From an uncultured Candidatus Saccharibacteria bacterium (GTDB taxonomy: Bacteria > Patescibacteriota > Minisyncoccia > Phycocordibacterales > Phycocordibacteraceae), in contig CAYHLC010000002.1 of the NCBI GenBank assembly GCA_964357395.1, positions 107,033 to 167,675 on the forward strand: a DNA stretch of 60,643 nt. The letters are read 5' to 3'. The translations under genes were made by a program, and so were the position numbers. How positions within the stretch are numbered: position 1 is the first letter of the stretch; each line of letters opens with the position of its first letter. Of the stretch, positions 33,980 to 42,750 are shown one piece after another. The notes beneath the pieces are model-generated. The model worked only from the letters and a program-made list of their open reading frames with translations, did not search any database and was not told the origin of the DNA.

Positions 33980-34683
33980 GGGTGTGTCAGACTAACCTCA
34001 CGTAATTCTGCAAACGATATCGGGGACGCAAGCTCAACCGTTTGCGCAATATCGGTAGGTGCATAGGAGACGGAGCGGACGACTGCAACGAGAAGTCCCC
34101 GTGCATCGGTGGCCTGGTCGCCCACGCGAAGCTCGACCGAGCGAGGGATCTCTAACTCAAAGGCACCACCACCGAGGCCCTGCAGTACGACTATAGCTGA
34201 CTGCACCTCAACATCCATGACTGCGCCAGGACTCGAGGCAAGTGTAACGACTGAGGTGCGGCTCGAGACCTCACTCACTGCCCCTACCAGTATTCGCTCT
34301 ATAGTCACCGTGTCGCCGATATGCACTCCGTCACCCTCACCTGCAGCAATAAGGAGCGTGTCGAAATGTGTACGCGGGGGACGCGCGAGGACCTGTGCAG
34401 TCATGTATGCATCAGGGTTTCGGACACCCACCTCCGCTCGTAGCCCCTGATACTCCTCGAGGAGCGTTTGGTATAGGATGGCCTGGTACCGCGTACGCGC
34501 AAGTTCTGTCTCAGCAGTGTGCAGCCGCTCCACCAACACAGAGCGCGGCACCGCGGCAAGCTCTATATCAATCGTGCTACTGAGGAGTTCCCCTACCCCA
34601 TCGCGCACGTACGGCGCGAGCAGGAAGACTGCCACCACAACAGGAGCGATCAGTATACTAGGCCACCATCCCGTCATAGTCAT
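33976..34683 (-). CDS. mreC: rod shape-determining protein MreC
   Basis: N-terminal TM helix, coiled coil, beta-rich domain. Located between mreB and mreD. Confidence 0.8.
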   Translation of the reverse strand: MTMTGWWPSILIAPVVVAVFLLAPYVRDGVGELLSSTIDIELAAVPRSVLVERLHTAETELARTRYQAILYQTLLEEYQGLRAEVGVRNPDAYMTAQVLARPPRTHFDTLLIAAGEGDGVHIGDTVTIERILVGAVSEVSSRTSVVTLASSPGAVMDVEVQSAIVVLQGLGGGAFELEIPRSVELRVGDQATDARGLLVAVVRSVSYAPTDIAQTVELASPISFAELREVSLTHP

Positions 34684-35713
34684 CGAGTAACATATTCTGA
34701 TACATGTCTATATCCTCAAGGATGATGCCGGTGCCGCGAACAACGGTGGTCAGCGGCTCCTCTACTAAGTGGATAGGAACCTTGAGCTCCTCTTGCAACA
34801 GTTCGGGTAGGCCGCGCAGGAGCGCTCCACCGCCAGTCACATAGATACCAAAGCGCATCACGTCAGCAACTACCTCGGGAGGCGCTGTCTCCAAGACCTC
34901 CTTCACTGCCTCGACTATCGACTGCACTGACTGCCCTATTGCCTCGCGTACGTCCGCATCGGTAATAATGATCTCGCGCGGGAGACCCGTGACTAAGTCG
35001 CGGCCACGAATGGTGGTCTGCAGTGGCGCGGCGGGCTTCAGAACGGTGCCAACGGCGAGCTTGATGTCCTCTGCGGTCCGATCTCCAATCAAGATCTTAA
35101 ACTCGCTACGAATGTAGGCAGAGATATCCTGATTCATAGTGTCGCCTGCGACGCGTAGATTCTTGGAACGGACAATGCCGCCCAAGGAAATGAGTGCGAT
35201 GTCGGTCGTGCCGCCGCCGATGTCGACGAGCATAGTCCCAACCGGCTCGCGTACCGGGAGGCGTGCGCCGAGCGCGGCTGCCATCGGCTCCTCAATAATA
35301 TGCACCTCTCGCGCGCCAGCGTTCCGCGCGGCGTCACGCACCGCACGCACCTCGACCGAGGTGATGCCAGAGGGCACACCAATGACGACGCGCGGCCCTA
35401 AAGGGGTCTTCTCACCTTGCGCTTTCTGGATGAGGTACGCGAGCATCTCCTCGGTTACCTCGAAGTCTGAGACCACGCCCTCTACAAGAGGACGCACCGC
35501 AAGTATGTGTGCGGGTGTGCGACCCAGCATGTCCCGAGCCTGCGCTCCAACCGCAACTACTTGCCCCGTCTTGGTATTCACTGCAACCACCGATGGCTCG
35601 GTTATGACTATCCCCTTACCCTTCAAATAGACAAGCGTATTAGCGGTGCCGAGGTCGATCCCGATATCTCGTGAGAAGCGGTCTGTGATTGATCGAGGAA
35701 GTTTAAGTCTCAT
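34658..35713 (-). CDS. mreB: rod shape-determining protein MreB
   Basis: DIGIDLGTANTLVY, VVIGVPSGITSVE, DIGGGTTDIA actin-fold motifs. Confidence 0.95.
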   Translation of the reverse strand: MRLKLPRSITDRFSRDIGIDLGTANTLVYLKGKGIVITEPSVVAVNTKTGQVVAVGAQARDMLGRTPAHILAVRPLVEGVVSDFEVTEEMLAYLIQKAQGEKTPLGPRVVIGVPSGITSVEVRAVRDAARNAGAREVHIIEEPMAAALGARLPVREPVGTMLVDIGGGTTDIALISLGGIVRSKNLRVAGDTMNQDISAYIRSEFKILIGDRTAEDIKLAVGTVLKPAAPLQTTIRGRDLVTGLPREIIITDADVREAIGQSVQSIVEAVKEVLETAPPEVVADVMRFGIYVTGGGALLRGLPELLQEELKVPIHLVEEPLTTVVRGTGIILEDIDMYQNMLLDDYDGMVA

Positions 35714-35716
35714 GGG

Positions 35717-37156
35717 TTAGTATGCCTGCGCAAAGAGCCAGCGGTACCCCGCCTCCTTGCCGCAATAGACACACGTACCCATTTCTGGTTGCGCATCGAT
35801 AGGTAGGCAGCGGGTGGTGGCCTTCGTCTCTTCCTTAATCTTTTTCTCGCATTCGTCGCTCTCGCACCAATGTGCCTTGATGAATCCACGATCATTCTCA
35901 AGAATGCGCTTGAACTCGTCGTACGAATCTGCCGAGCGTGTATTTGTCATAAGGAACTTTTCTGCCTCTGCATAGAGGTTTTGCTGTATATCTGTGAGCA
36001 GCTTTGCAACCGTTGCTTCCAAATCCGCAAGAGTGCAGCTCGACTTCTCACCAGTATCGCGCCTGACAAGTGTTACCGTACCTTGCTCAACTTCGCGTCC
36101 ACCAAGCTCAATCCGAATTGGAACACCCCTCAGCTCCCAATGGTTAATCTTTGCACCTAGGGTGCTATTGTCGCCATCATCGATATGTATGCGAACCCCT
36201 TTCGCCTTAAGCGCGTCCTCGATCTTCTCCGCGTAGGCAATAAGCTCTACCTCAGGCTTGACCGGTATGACGACTACCTGGATTGGTGCTAGGTTTGGTG
36301 GGAGCCTGAGCCCTCCATCATCGCCGTGCGCCATGATAACTGCACCGATTGAACGCGTTGAGAACCCCCAACTCGTCTGCCATACATGCTCATTCTTGCC
36401 GTCCTTCGTTTGGAACTCAATGCCAAAGGACTTTGAGAAGTTCTGGCCCAAATCGTGCGAAGTGCAGCCCTGCAAGGCCTTGCCACCCGGCATAAGCATC
36501 TCGTACGTCAGCGATGCATCGGCACCTGCAAACTTTTCTGACTCAGACTTCTGCCCCATGTAGCCCGGGAGCGCAAAAAGCTTTTTGTACACATCGGCGT
36601 ACATATTGATGCCCCAATTCGTCATCTCCCACGACTCATCATGCGTCGCGTGTGCGGTGTGTCCTTCCTGCCACAGAAACTCAGTCGTGCGGAAGAAGAG
36701 GTACGTACGCTTTTCCCATCTGACCACATTGTTCCACTGGTTGATCATGAGTGGTAGATCGCGCCATGAGTGCACCCAGCGCGCGAATGCGTCATACATG
36801 ATGGTCTCTGATGTTGGGCGCACAACGACTTTCTCGCTCAGTTCCTCGCCACCACCGATCGTAACGACGGCTAGCTCGGGCGAGAATCCCTCAACGTGCT
36901 TCTCTTCCTTCTTGAGGAGTGCCTCAGGAATAAAAAGCGGGAAGTATGCGTTCGATACCCCACGGTCCTTGATCCGTGCGTCCATCTCCTTCTGGATTAG
37001 CTCCCAAATGGCATAGCCATACGGTCGGTAGATCATGGTGCCCTTGACCGGGCCATAATCTGCTAGCTCTGCCTGCAAAACAACCTTGTTGTACCACTCC
37101 GACACATCCTCGGACTTCAGTGGCAAATCTCGTTTTTTCTGTACCATACGTCTCAT
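35717..37156 (-). CDS. proS: proline--tRNA ligase, archaeal/eukaryotic-like type
   Basis: Class IIa core, about 480 aa without an INS editing domain, C-terminal Cys-rich zinc domain ending FAQAY. An alternative ATG at 37147 lies 10 nt after TATACT. Confidence 0.93.
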   Translation of the reverse strand: MRRMVQKKRDLPLKSEDVSEWYNKVVLQAELADYGPVKGTMIYRPYGYAIWELIQKEMDARIKDRGVSNAYFPLFIPEALLKKEEKHVEGFSPELAVVTIGGGEELSEKVVVRPTSETIMYDAFARWVHSWRDLPLMINQWNNVVRWEKRTYLFFRTTEFLWQEGHTAHATHDESWEMTNWGINMYADVYKKLFALPGYMGQKSESEKFAGADASLTYEMLMPGGKALQGCTSHDLGQNFSKSFGIEFQTKDGKNEHVWQTSWGFSTRSIGAVIMAHGDDGGLRLPPNLAPIQVVVIPVKPEVELIAYAEKIEDALKAKGVRIHIDDGDNSTLGAKINHWELRGVPIRIELGGREVEQGTVTLVRRDTGEKSSCTLADLEATVAKLLTDIQQNLYAEAEKFLMTNTRSADSYDEFKRILENDRGFIKAHWCESDECEKKIKEETKATTRCLPIDAQPEMGTCVYCGKEAGYRWLFAQAY

Positions 37157-37180
37157 TAGTATACCTTCATCTGCTAATAA

Positions 37181-37513
37181 TTACCCAAGCCTTGCACCAT
37201 TCGGAATATCCTGGTCCGGTACTGCAAGGACGACACTGCCGTCCTCTCGATAAAAGCCTGTTGTCAATACTTCAGATACAAAAGGTCCTATCCCCCGCGG
37301 GGGTAGGTTGGTGACACAAATCACTTTTTTATTCAAAAGCTGCTCTTTGGTATAGAGATCTGTGATACGAGCGCTTGAGCTCTTCTTCCCAACTTCTGCG
37401 CCAAGATCTATGACAAGTTTGTACGCCGCCTTCTTTGCCTCAGGAAAGTCGTCGACTTCGATGATTGTCCCGACTCGTATCTCTATTTCATTGAACTCTT
37501 CAATAGTAGCCAT
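37181..37513 (-). CDS. csaA: CsaA/EMAP-type tRNA-binding domain protein
   Basis: IEIRVGTIIEVDDFPEAKKAAYKLVIDLG and VICVTNLPPR strings of the OB-fold tRNA-binding domain. Confidence 0.88.
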   Translation of the reverse strand: MATIEEFNEIEIRVGTIIEVDDFPEAKKAAYKLVIDLGAEVGKKSSSARITDLYTKEQLLNKKVICVTNLPPRGIGPFVSEVLTTGFYREDGSVVLAVPDQDIPNGARLG

Positions 37514-37684
37514 GATTATTTGTTAGTTGCTAAAGTACTTTCTCCTACAATCGTCACATATCAGTGACCCAAACACGTACTGCGAGGAATAGACAGATAT
37601 CAACCTCCCGCATAGCGCGCATGGATAGAGTGAGTGCGATCCTTCGTGGGCCCCATATAGTTTCTGATTACTCTTATAACGCTT

Positions 37685-37807
37685 CTAGTATCTACGCCTG
37701 AACAGCTTTTGGATCCATAATCTGAAGCCTAGCGCCATGAAGAATGCCAGACCCGCAATATAGTTGTCCTGCTTTTTCTGCTCGGGAGTTCTTTCCTTCC
37801 TTGCCAT
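37685..37807 (-). CDS. possible 40-aa single-TM peptide, first ORF after the T-box leader
   Basis: Hand-translated MARKERTPEQKKQDNYIAGLAFFMALGFRLWIQKLFRRRY. AAGGA lies 7 nt upstream of the ATG. Confidence 0.35.
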   Translation of the reverse strand: MARKERTPEQKKQDNYIAGLAFFMALGFRLWIQKLFRRRY

Positions 37808-37825
37808 TTTTGTTCCTTAGGTACT

Positions 37826-38067
37826 ACTAACCCCCAACAGCTCGACTACTGGAGACAGAGGCGGGGGTAGCCGCGGTACCACTCTGTTTTGCCCAACAAA
37901 AAACGCCATGCCGGCGTGTGTTAGGTCTTAGCGCTCCTTCCTTCGGCTATCCTCCAGATGACACACTTTGGCTTGTTTTTACGGTTGCCCTCCGTCAGAT
38001 TTATGTCCGAAGACTTTCATCTGCAGCTCCCTTGGCTGGGTACCAAGATCAAAGCCTGTATTCAACT
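37826..38067 (-). promoter_or_regulatory. T-box riboswitch-like leader with proline specifier
   Basis: T-box core AGAGUGGUACCGCGG (37871..37885) sits inside the antiterminator CAGAG[UGGUACC]GCGG-CUACCC-CCGC-CUCUG (37856..37886). K-turn hairpin with loop UACCCAG at 38025..38056. Stem III at 37903..37917. Confidence 0.75.
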
Positions 38068-38073
38068 CGCCCT

Positions 38074-38102
38074 ACTCTACCCCCTTCCCTCCCAATAGTC
38101 AA
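38074..38102 (-). promoter_or_regulatory. promoter of the T-box leader
   Basis: Minus strand TTGACT-17-TAGAGT. Confidence 0.55.
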
Positions 38103-38107
38103 CCAAC

Positions 38108-38131
38108 TCATATATGATCACCCATATATGA
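38108..38131. promoter_or_regulatory. double palindrome operator, site B
   Basis: TCATATATGA and CCATATATGA with centres 14 bp apart, 6 nt upstream of the T-box promoter -35. Confidence 0.6.
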
Positions 38132-38166
38132 TATGTTTTTCACTATAGCTCTTAGGGCACAGCGCT

Positions 38167-38604
38167 TTAGTTGCGGTACTGCTTCTTCGGTTTTGGATCG
38201 GGAAAGAGGAGGAAGTGCAGCGGGTACTTGCGCTTCAGTGCGGCAAACGAAAACGGATCGGCCTTAGCCTCGCGGCGCACCGCACGCCTATCCATCTCCT
38301 TTTCCAGCTCCGCTATCACTTTTTCGTATCCTGGGAACTGGTCTTTGAGCCAGTGTTCCACTCGCGAAACAGTACTCAGTCCCACGAGCAGCTTGCGAGA
38401 GATCTCTGCGTGTGACATACCCTGCATCAATAGTCTTGCGATCCAGATGCGTCTACCAAGCATGACGCGTTCGCTGGGAGTGAGTAGGTCGCGCAGGAAC
38501 GCTTTCATACCGTCGCGCCCTTTGGCACTGGCTGCCGCAGTGTAGAGCATGTCAAGCGTATTTATTCTTTCCTGCTCCGTGAGGTCTGTCATTTTCTTCT
38601 TCAT
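38167..38604 (-). CDS. TrpR-family YerC/YecD-like DNA-binding protein
   Basis: FLRDLLTPSERVMLGRRIWIARLLMQGMSHAEISRKLLVGLSTVSRV matches the YerC/YecD helix-turn-helix layout. Confidence 0.75.
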   Translation of the reverse strand: MKKKMTDLTEQERINTLDMLYTAAASAKGRDGMKAFLRDLLTPSERVMLGRRIWIARLLMQGMSHAEISRKLLVGLSTVSRVEHWLKDQFPGYEKVIAELEKEMDRRAVRREAKADPFSFAALKRKYPLHFLLFPDPKPKKQYRN

Positions 38605-38618
38605 ACCCCAAAATCATA

Positions 38619-38642
38619 TCATATATGATCACTCATATATGA
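38619..38642. promoter_or_regulatory. double palindrome operator, site A
   Basis: Two perfect TCATATATGA palindromes 14 bp apart, overlapping the predicted promoter of the YerC-like gene. Confidence 0.6.
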
Positions 38643-38684
38643 GTCATTTTAAGCAGTGGGAGTTCTGCAGCTCGAGGGGTGGGG

Positions 38685-39767
38685 TTAGCCGATGAGGCGG
38701 GAGATGTCGTGCCAAGTGACGAGCACCATTAGGAGGATGAGCGCCAGGAATCCTCCGGCGTTGATGAGCTGCACAATCGTCTGCGGCACGGCCTTGCGGC
38801 GCCAAGTCTCTATCGCAAGGAGTGCGAGGCGGCCGCCGTCGAGCGCAGGGAGCGGCAGTAGGTTGATGATCGCAAGGTTCAGCGAGATGATGGCCGCGAG
38901 GACAAGTACCTGTCCGGCGCCAAACACGCTCGCGTCCCCTACGAGGCCTGCAATACCAACGGGGCCAGATACATCCTCCAAGGATGCCGAGAGCGTGAAG
39001 GCGTTGCCAAGGAGCGTCAGGAGCCCGACAAGTATCTGCCACAGAGCAGTGACGGTCTGCACTGCTGCCTCGCCGAGCGCAGTCAACGGGTCCAGGACCT
39101 GCATGCCAAGCATTGCAGAAGCTATACCGATACCAAAGCGAGTCGGCTCCTCTGGCACTAAGCCTGTAACCGGAGTGATCTCCTTTTGTTCGACTACGCC
39201 GGAGCGCTCGTAGGTCAGGGTGAGTGGCTCGTTAGAAAAGGCAATTGCAGCGGGCACGTCGCTCGCCTTTGTTATTGGGGTTACTGCGCTGCCGCGAGTA
39301 ATGCTCACCAACTTGTCTCCTATCTCAAGTCCCGCTGCTCCGGCGGGACTGTCCTCCAACACGCGAACGACAACGACTCGGGCGTCGCGAAGCTCGGTAG
39401 AATCATCGGTCACTACTGCGGGTATACCAATACTGAGTGCTATCCAAAACGCTAGGAACCCCAAAACCACGTTCATGCCTGGGCCAGCGACGAGCGTGAG
39501 TGCTTGCAGCCACCACGATTTTCTGCCGAACGAATCAGGATGATCTGCATTCTCGCCATCCTCCCCGACAATGCGCACAAAGCCGCCAAACGGCAACGCA
39601 TTGATTGTGTACTCGGTGTCCCCAATCTTTGTGCCCCAGAGCCTCGGTGGGAAGCCGATGCCGAACTCTGGGACCTTCATCCCTGACCACTTGGCAGCAA
39701 AAAAATGCCCCAGCTCGTGCCCAATAATGAGTACTAAAAGAATAACGATAAAGAGTAGTACTGACAT
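38685..39767 (-). CDS. rseP: RIP metalloprotease RseP (M50 site-2 protease) with PDZ domain
   Basis: HELGHFFAAK (HExxH) and the NLLPLPALDGG motif. Confidence 0.93.
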   Translation of the reverse strand: MSVLLFIVILLVLIIGHELGHFFAAKWSGMKVPEFGIGFPPRLWGTKIGDTEYTINALPFGGFVRIVGEDGENADHPDSFGRKSWWLQALTLVAGPGMNVVLGFLAFWIALSIGIPAVVTDDSTELRDARVVVVRVLEDSPAGAAGLEIGDKLVSITRGSAVTPITKASDVPAAIAFSNEPLTLTYERSGVVEQKEITPVTGLVPEEPTRFGIGIASAMLGMQVLDPLTALGEAAVQTVTALWQILVGLLTLLGNAFTLSASLEDVSGPVGIAGLVGDASVFGAGQVLVLAAIISLNLAIINLLPLPALDGGRLALLAIETWRRKAVPQTIVQLINAGGFLALILLMVLVTWHDISRLIG

Positions 39768-39769
39768 GA

Positions 39770-40009
39770 TTATGCGTCCTCTAGTTCATGCTCATCAGTC
39801 TTGGTATGTGTAGTGCTCGCCTTGCAGTTTGCACAGTAGATATACTTTTTATGCCCAAATTCCTTCCTGTTACTTGCATTGCGCCAAACCTCTTTTGTGT
39901 GATCACAACTTCGCCAAGAGCACGCGTACGTTTCGACATACCGTACCCATTCTGGATACCCGTTTCGACTTTTGGCGAACGTGATAACCCCTTCCCGAAA
40001 CTCGGACAT
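39770..40009 (-). CDS. small Cys4 zinc-ribbon-like protein (hypothetical)
   Basis: 79 aa from MSEFREG with CSWRSC and CANC pairs. Wedged between frr and rseP with 1-2 nt gaps. Confidence 0.55.
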   Translation of the reverse strand: MSEFREGVITFAKSRNGYPEWVRYVETYACSWRSCDHTKEVWRNASNRKEFGHKKYIYCANCKASTTHTKTDEHELEDA

Positions 40010-40010
40010 A

Positions 40011-40562
40011 CTAGCTCTCCAGCTCCTTTTCCTTACGAGCCGACAACTCCTCAAGACGCTTGTTGGACTCGTCTATTACCTTCTGCACCTCATCCTTGGC
40101 GCTTCGTGACGCATCCTCGCTCATGGTGCCGCCCTTTTCCTTGCTATCAACATCGTCCATCGCCTTCAGTCGCTCGCCCTTCAGGGAGACTCGCGCTTCC
40201 TCGAGCTTCCCGCGCACCAGCTTGATGAGCTGCTGCCTGCGCTCAGTCGTGAGTTCTGGAAACGTGACTCGTACGCCCACTGCGTCGGACCCTACACCAA
40301 CACCGAGATCCGCGATACTGATCGCTCGCTCTATCGGCTTCAACTGCCCCTTATCCCACGGAGAGATATAGAGAGAGCGTGCATCCTCGACACTAATCGT
40401 TGCGATCTGACTGATCTTCATGCGGGCGCCGTACACCTCGACCGATACTCCATCGAGGAGTGCGGGCGACGCTCGGCCGGTGCGGAGCCCTGTAAGTTCC
40501 TGTTGCAGCCAGGTATAGACACCGTCGGTGCCAGCTCGTAGTTTGTTTAGGTCGTATGCCAT
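40011..40562 (-). CDS. frr: ribosome recycling factor
   Basis: LRTGRASPALLDGVSVEVYG and VTFPELTTERRQQLIK strings. Confidence 0.95.
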   Translation of the reverse strand: MAYDLNKLRAGTDGVYTWLQQELTGLRTGRASPALLDGVSVEVYGARMKISQIATISVEDARSLYISPWDKGQLKPIERAISIADLGVGVGSDAVGVRVTFPELTTERRQQLIKLVRGKLEEARVSLKGERLKAMDDVDSKEKGGTMSEDASRSAKDEVQKVIDESNKRLEELSARKEKELES

Positions 40563-40574
40563 CTAGTTAGTATA

Positions 40575-40598
40575 TAGCCACTAGGGTATAGGGTCTAG
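40575..40598. repeat. TAGGGT-rich motif copy, overlapping the holB 3' end and the frr promoter
   Basis: TAGCCACTAGGGTATAGGGTCTAG, 23 of 24 identical to 16411..16434. Confidence 0.7.
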
Positions 40599-41258
40599 AG
40601 TGACAGCAAGATGGGAGAGGATCAACTTTGGTGAGGCTCCCGAGAGGCGGAGGTGCCGCTCGGCCTGGAGGAGCGTACGCAGCGCTGCGGGTGTGGTGTG
40701 CGCCATGTGCGCCTCGGCGATCAGGGAGCGGACGAATGCGCGCACCGGTCCCCTATCCTGGGTCTTCTGGCTAGCTGCCACCAACTTCTCCACCTGTGAT
40801 AGGCGCTCAGCATATCCTGCTTTCAGAAATCCAGCTCCGAGAGGCGACGCCTCGGGATCGGTCTTTGAAGCGTCGCCTCTGACTGCAATACATCGGGACT
40901 GCAGCGTCGAGAGTATGCCACCCAATGTTTCGGTGCAGAAAAAGAAGTGTGTGTTGCCTGGCGCCTCCTCCACCACCTTTAGCAAAGCGTTCTGCGCAGC
41001 GTCGTTCGCCCGATCAAACGTAATGATGAAGTACTTCCCCGCACCCACCGATTTCAAAAAGGCGTAGCTCGCGAGCGTACGCGCGTCGTCTACCCCCATT
41101 TCGGAATAGTCAAACTTCAGCAAATCAGGATTTCCTTTCGTCGCCACTCCCCGCTTTTCAAGCAGCGCGACCACCTGCCCTGAGCCTGCCCTAGGGTCGC
41201 CCACCACAATATATGCGTGATGCAGGTGCTCCGCTTTTGTTAGATCTGCGACGTGCAC
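40581..41258 (-). CDS. holB: short DNA polymerase III delta-prime-like clamp-loader subunit
   Basis: HAYIVVGD, NALLKVVEEAPGNTHFFF and STLQSRC strings (AAA+ sensor region). Confidence 0.8.
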   Translation of the reverse strand: MHVADLTKAEHLHHAYIVVGDPRAGSGQVVALLEKRGVATKGNPDLLKFDYSEMGVDDARTLASYAFLKSVGAGKYFIITFDRANDAAQNALLKVVEEAPGNTHFFFCTETLGGILSTLQSRCIAVRGDASKTDPEASPLGAGFLKAGYAERLSQVEKLVAASQKTQDRGPVRAFVRSLIAEAHMAHTTPAALRTLLQAERHLRLSGASPKLILSHLAVTLDPIP

Positions 41259-41288
41259 CCCTACATTGTACCGCGGTGGGACGAGCGG

Positions 41289-41537
41289 CTAGGAGCGGCT
41301 CATCACCTTGAGTATCGAGTCGCCGCCAGAGGTGCCTCGTGCCATGCCATCTGCCATCATGCCAAAACCTGCAAGCACGCTAAGAAAGGTAGCGAAAAAT
41401 GACTTGGCGTTGTCTATCTCTGGTGAGCCTCCGAGCACAAATCCACCGAGCAGAAAGACTAGCATGCCGGCGGTCATCTCCGCGGCGCCAACGCCGAGCC
41501 AGAGTGCTCGTCTACCAAAACTTTTTTCTGTTGTCAT
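41289..41537 (-). CDS. small membrane protein (hypothetical)
   Basis: 82 aa with two or three hydrophobic segments. Confidence 0.55.
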   Translation of the reverse strand: MTTEKSFGRRALWLGVGAAEMTAGMLVFLLGGFVLGGSPEIDNAKSFFATFLSVLAGFGMMADGMARGTSGGDSILKVMSRS

Positions 41538-41576
41538 GCCCTCACCGTACTCCTTTACTGCCTAGTGTCAACGCCG

Positions 41577-42593
41577 CTATCTCCTCTTGGTGGTGGCGGC
41601 GCGCTTGTAGGTGTCGAGATGGTTCAACGCTATGCCGGTGCCCTTCGCGACACAAAACGGTGCGTCGGTAGCAAGCGTCGCCTGCACACCAGTGCGACGA
41701 AAGACGAGCTCCGGCAGGTGCCGCAGTTGCGAGGTACCGCCCGTCATAATGATGCCGTGGTCGATGATGTCGGCGGCAAGCTCGGGCGGCGTCTCTTGCA
41801 GCACGGCGCGTATCGCCTTGATCATCTCGCGCAGCTCCTTCGCAATCGCGCGGACTATCTCGTTCGTACCTATCGTCACCGTGCGCGGTAGTCCGGAGAG
41901 GAGGTCGCGCCCTCGCACGGTCATGCTGAGCTCCTCCTCGACTGGCACGGCAGAGCCGACCTCGATCTTGATGTCCTCCGCTGTTTTATCTCCTATGGCG
42001 AGGTTGTAGGTCTTCTTGATGAAGTCGGCGATAGCCTGGTCTATCCTATTTCCAGCACACTTCACCGACGTCGAGGCAACAATGCCGCCGAGCGAGATCA
42101 CCGCGACATCGATAGTTCCACCACCAATGTCGGCAATCATGTGGCCACGCGGCTCATGAATCGGAATGCCGGCGCCAATAGCGGCCAAGATCGGCTCCTT
42201 AATAACGTACGCATTCCGGGCACCCGCCTTCAGTGACGCTTCGACGACCGCGCGGCGCTCGGTCGAGGTGACGCCAGCAGGAACAGAGACGATAACATCA
42301 GGTTTGAAGAAGTTCCAAGGCCCCAGCGCCTTCCGTATGTAGTAGCGGAGCATCGCTTCAGTAACGCGGTAGTCGGCAATGACACCGTCCTTCATCGGTC
42401 GATAGGCAATGATCGACTCGGGTGTGCGGCCTATCATCTCTTTGGCATCCGCACCTATGGCGAGGATCTTGCGGCCCGACTCTGAGACTGCAACGACCGA
42501 TGGTTCGTTGAGGACGATCCCCTTGCCAGGTACGTAGACAAGTGTGGTTGTTGTACCCAAATCTATACCCAACTTCGGAGACCAGAATGACAT
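41577..42593 (-). CDS. mreB: second MreB/Mbl-family actin homolog
   Basis: LGIDLGTTTTLVY, VIVSVPAGVTSTE, DIGGGTIDVA. Start set at MSFWSPK. The longer ORF crosses murA. Confidence 0.9.
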   Translation of the reverse strand: MSFWSPKLGIDLGTTTTLVYVPGKGIVLNEPSVVAVSESGRKILAIGADAKEMIGRTPESIIAYRPMKDGVIADYRVTEAMLRYYIRKALGPWNFFKPDVIVSVPAGVTSTERRAVVEASLKAGARNAYVIKEPILAAIGAGIPIHEPRGHMIADIGGGTIDVAVISLGGIVASTSVKCAGNRIDQAIADFIKKTYNLAIGDKTAEDIKIEVGSAVPVEEELSMTVRGRDLLSGLPRTVTIGTNEIVRAIAKELREMIKAIRAVLQETPPELAADIIDHGIIMTGGTSQLRHLPELVFRRTGVQATLATDAPFCVAKGTGIALNHLDTYKRAATTKRR

Positions 42594-42750
42594 ATAATTG
42601 CATTGTACTCGGTTTGGTATACTTAGGCCAAGATGGCCGGCCCAGAGGGATTGACCTTGGAGAACGCGCCCGCAATGTGTGCGAGTTGCAAAAAGCGTCC
42701 AGTAGAGTTTGAGGGCCTTTGTGGTCCTTGTTATAGATGGGAAGAACCCG

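Noticed and set aside
37830-38100. The structured non-coding region was first considered as RNase P RNA (GAUGAAAGUC resembles GAGGAAAGUCC), SRP RNA (CCGAAGGAAGGAGCGC resembles the domain IV GGAAGCAGC motif) or tmRNA.
   Set aside because: No P4 partner strand or other RNase P conserved blocks are present. The SRP-like loop lacks a proper GNRA tetraloop and symmetric loop. There is no tRNA-like end or tag ORF. The exact T-box core and antiterminator geometry explain the region better.
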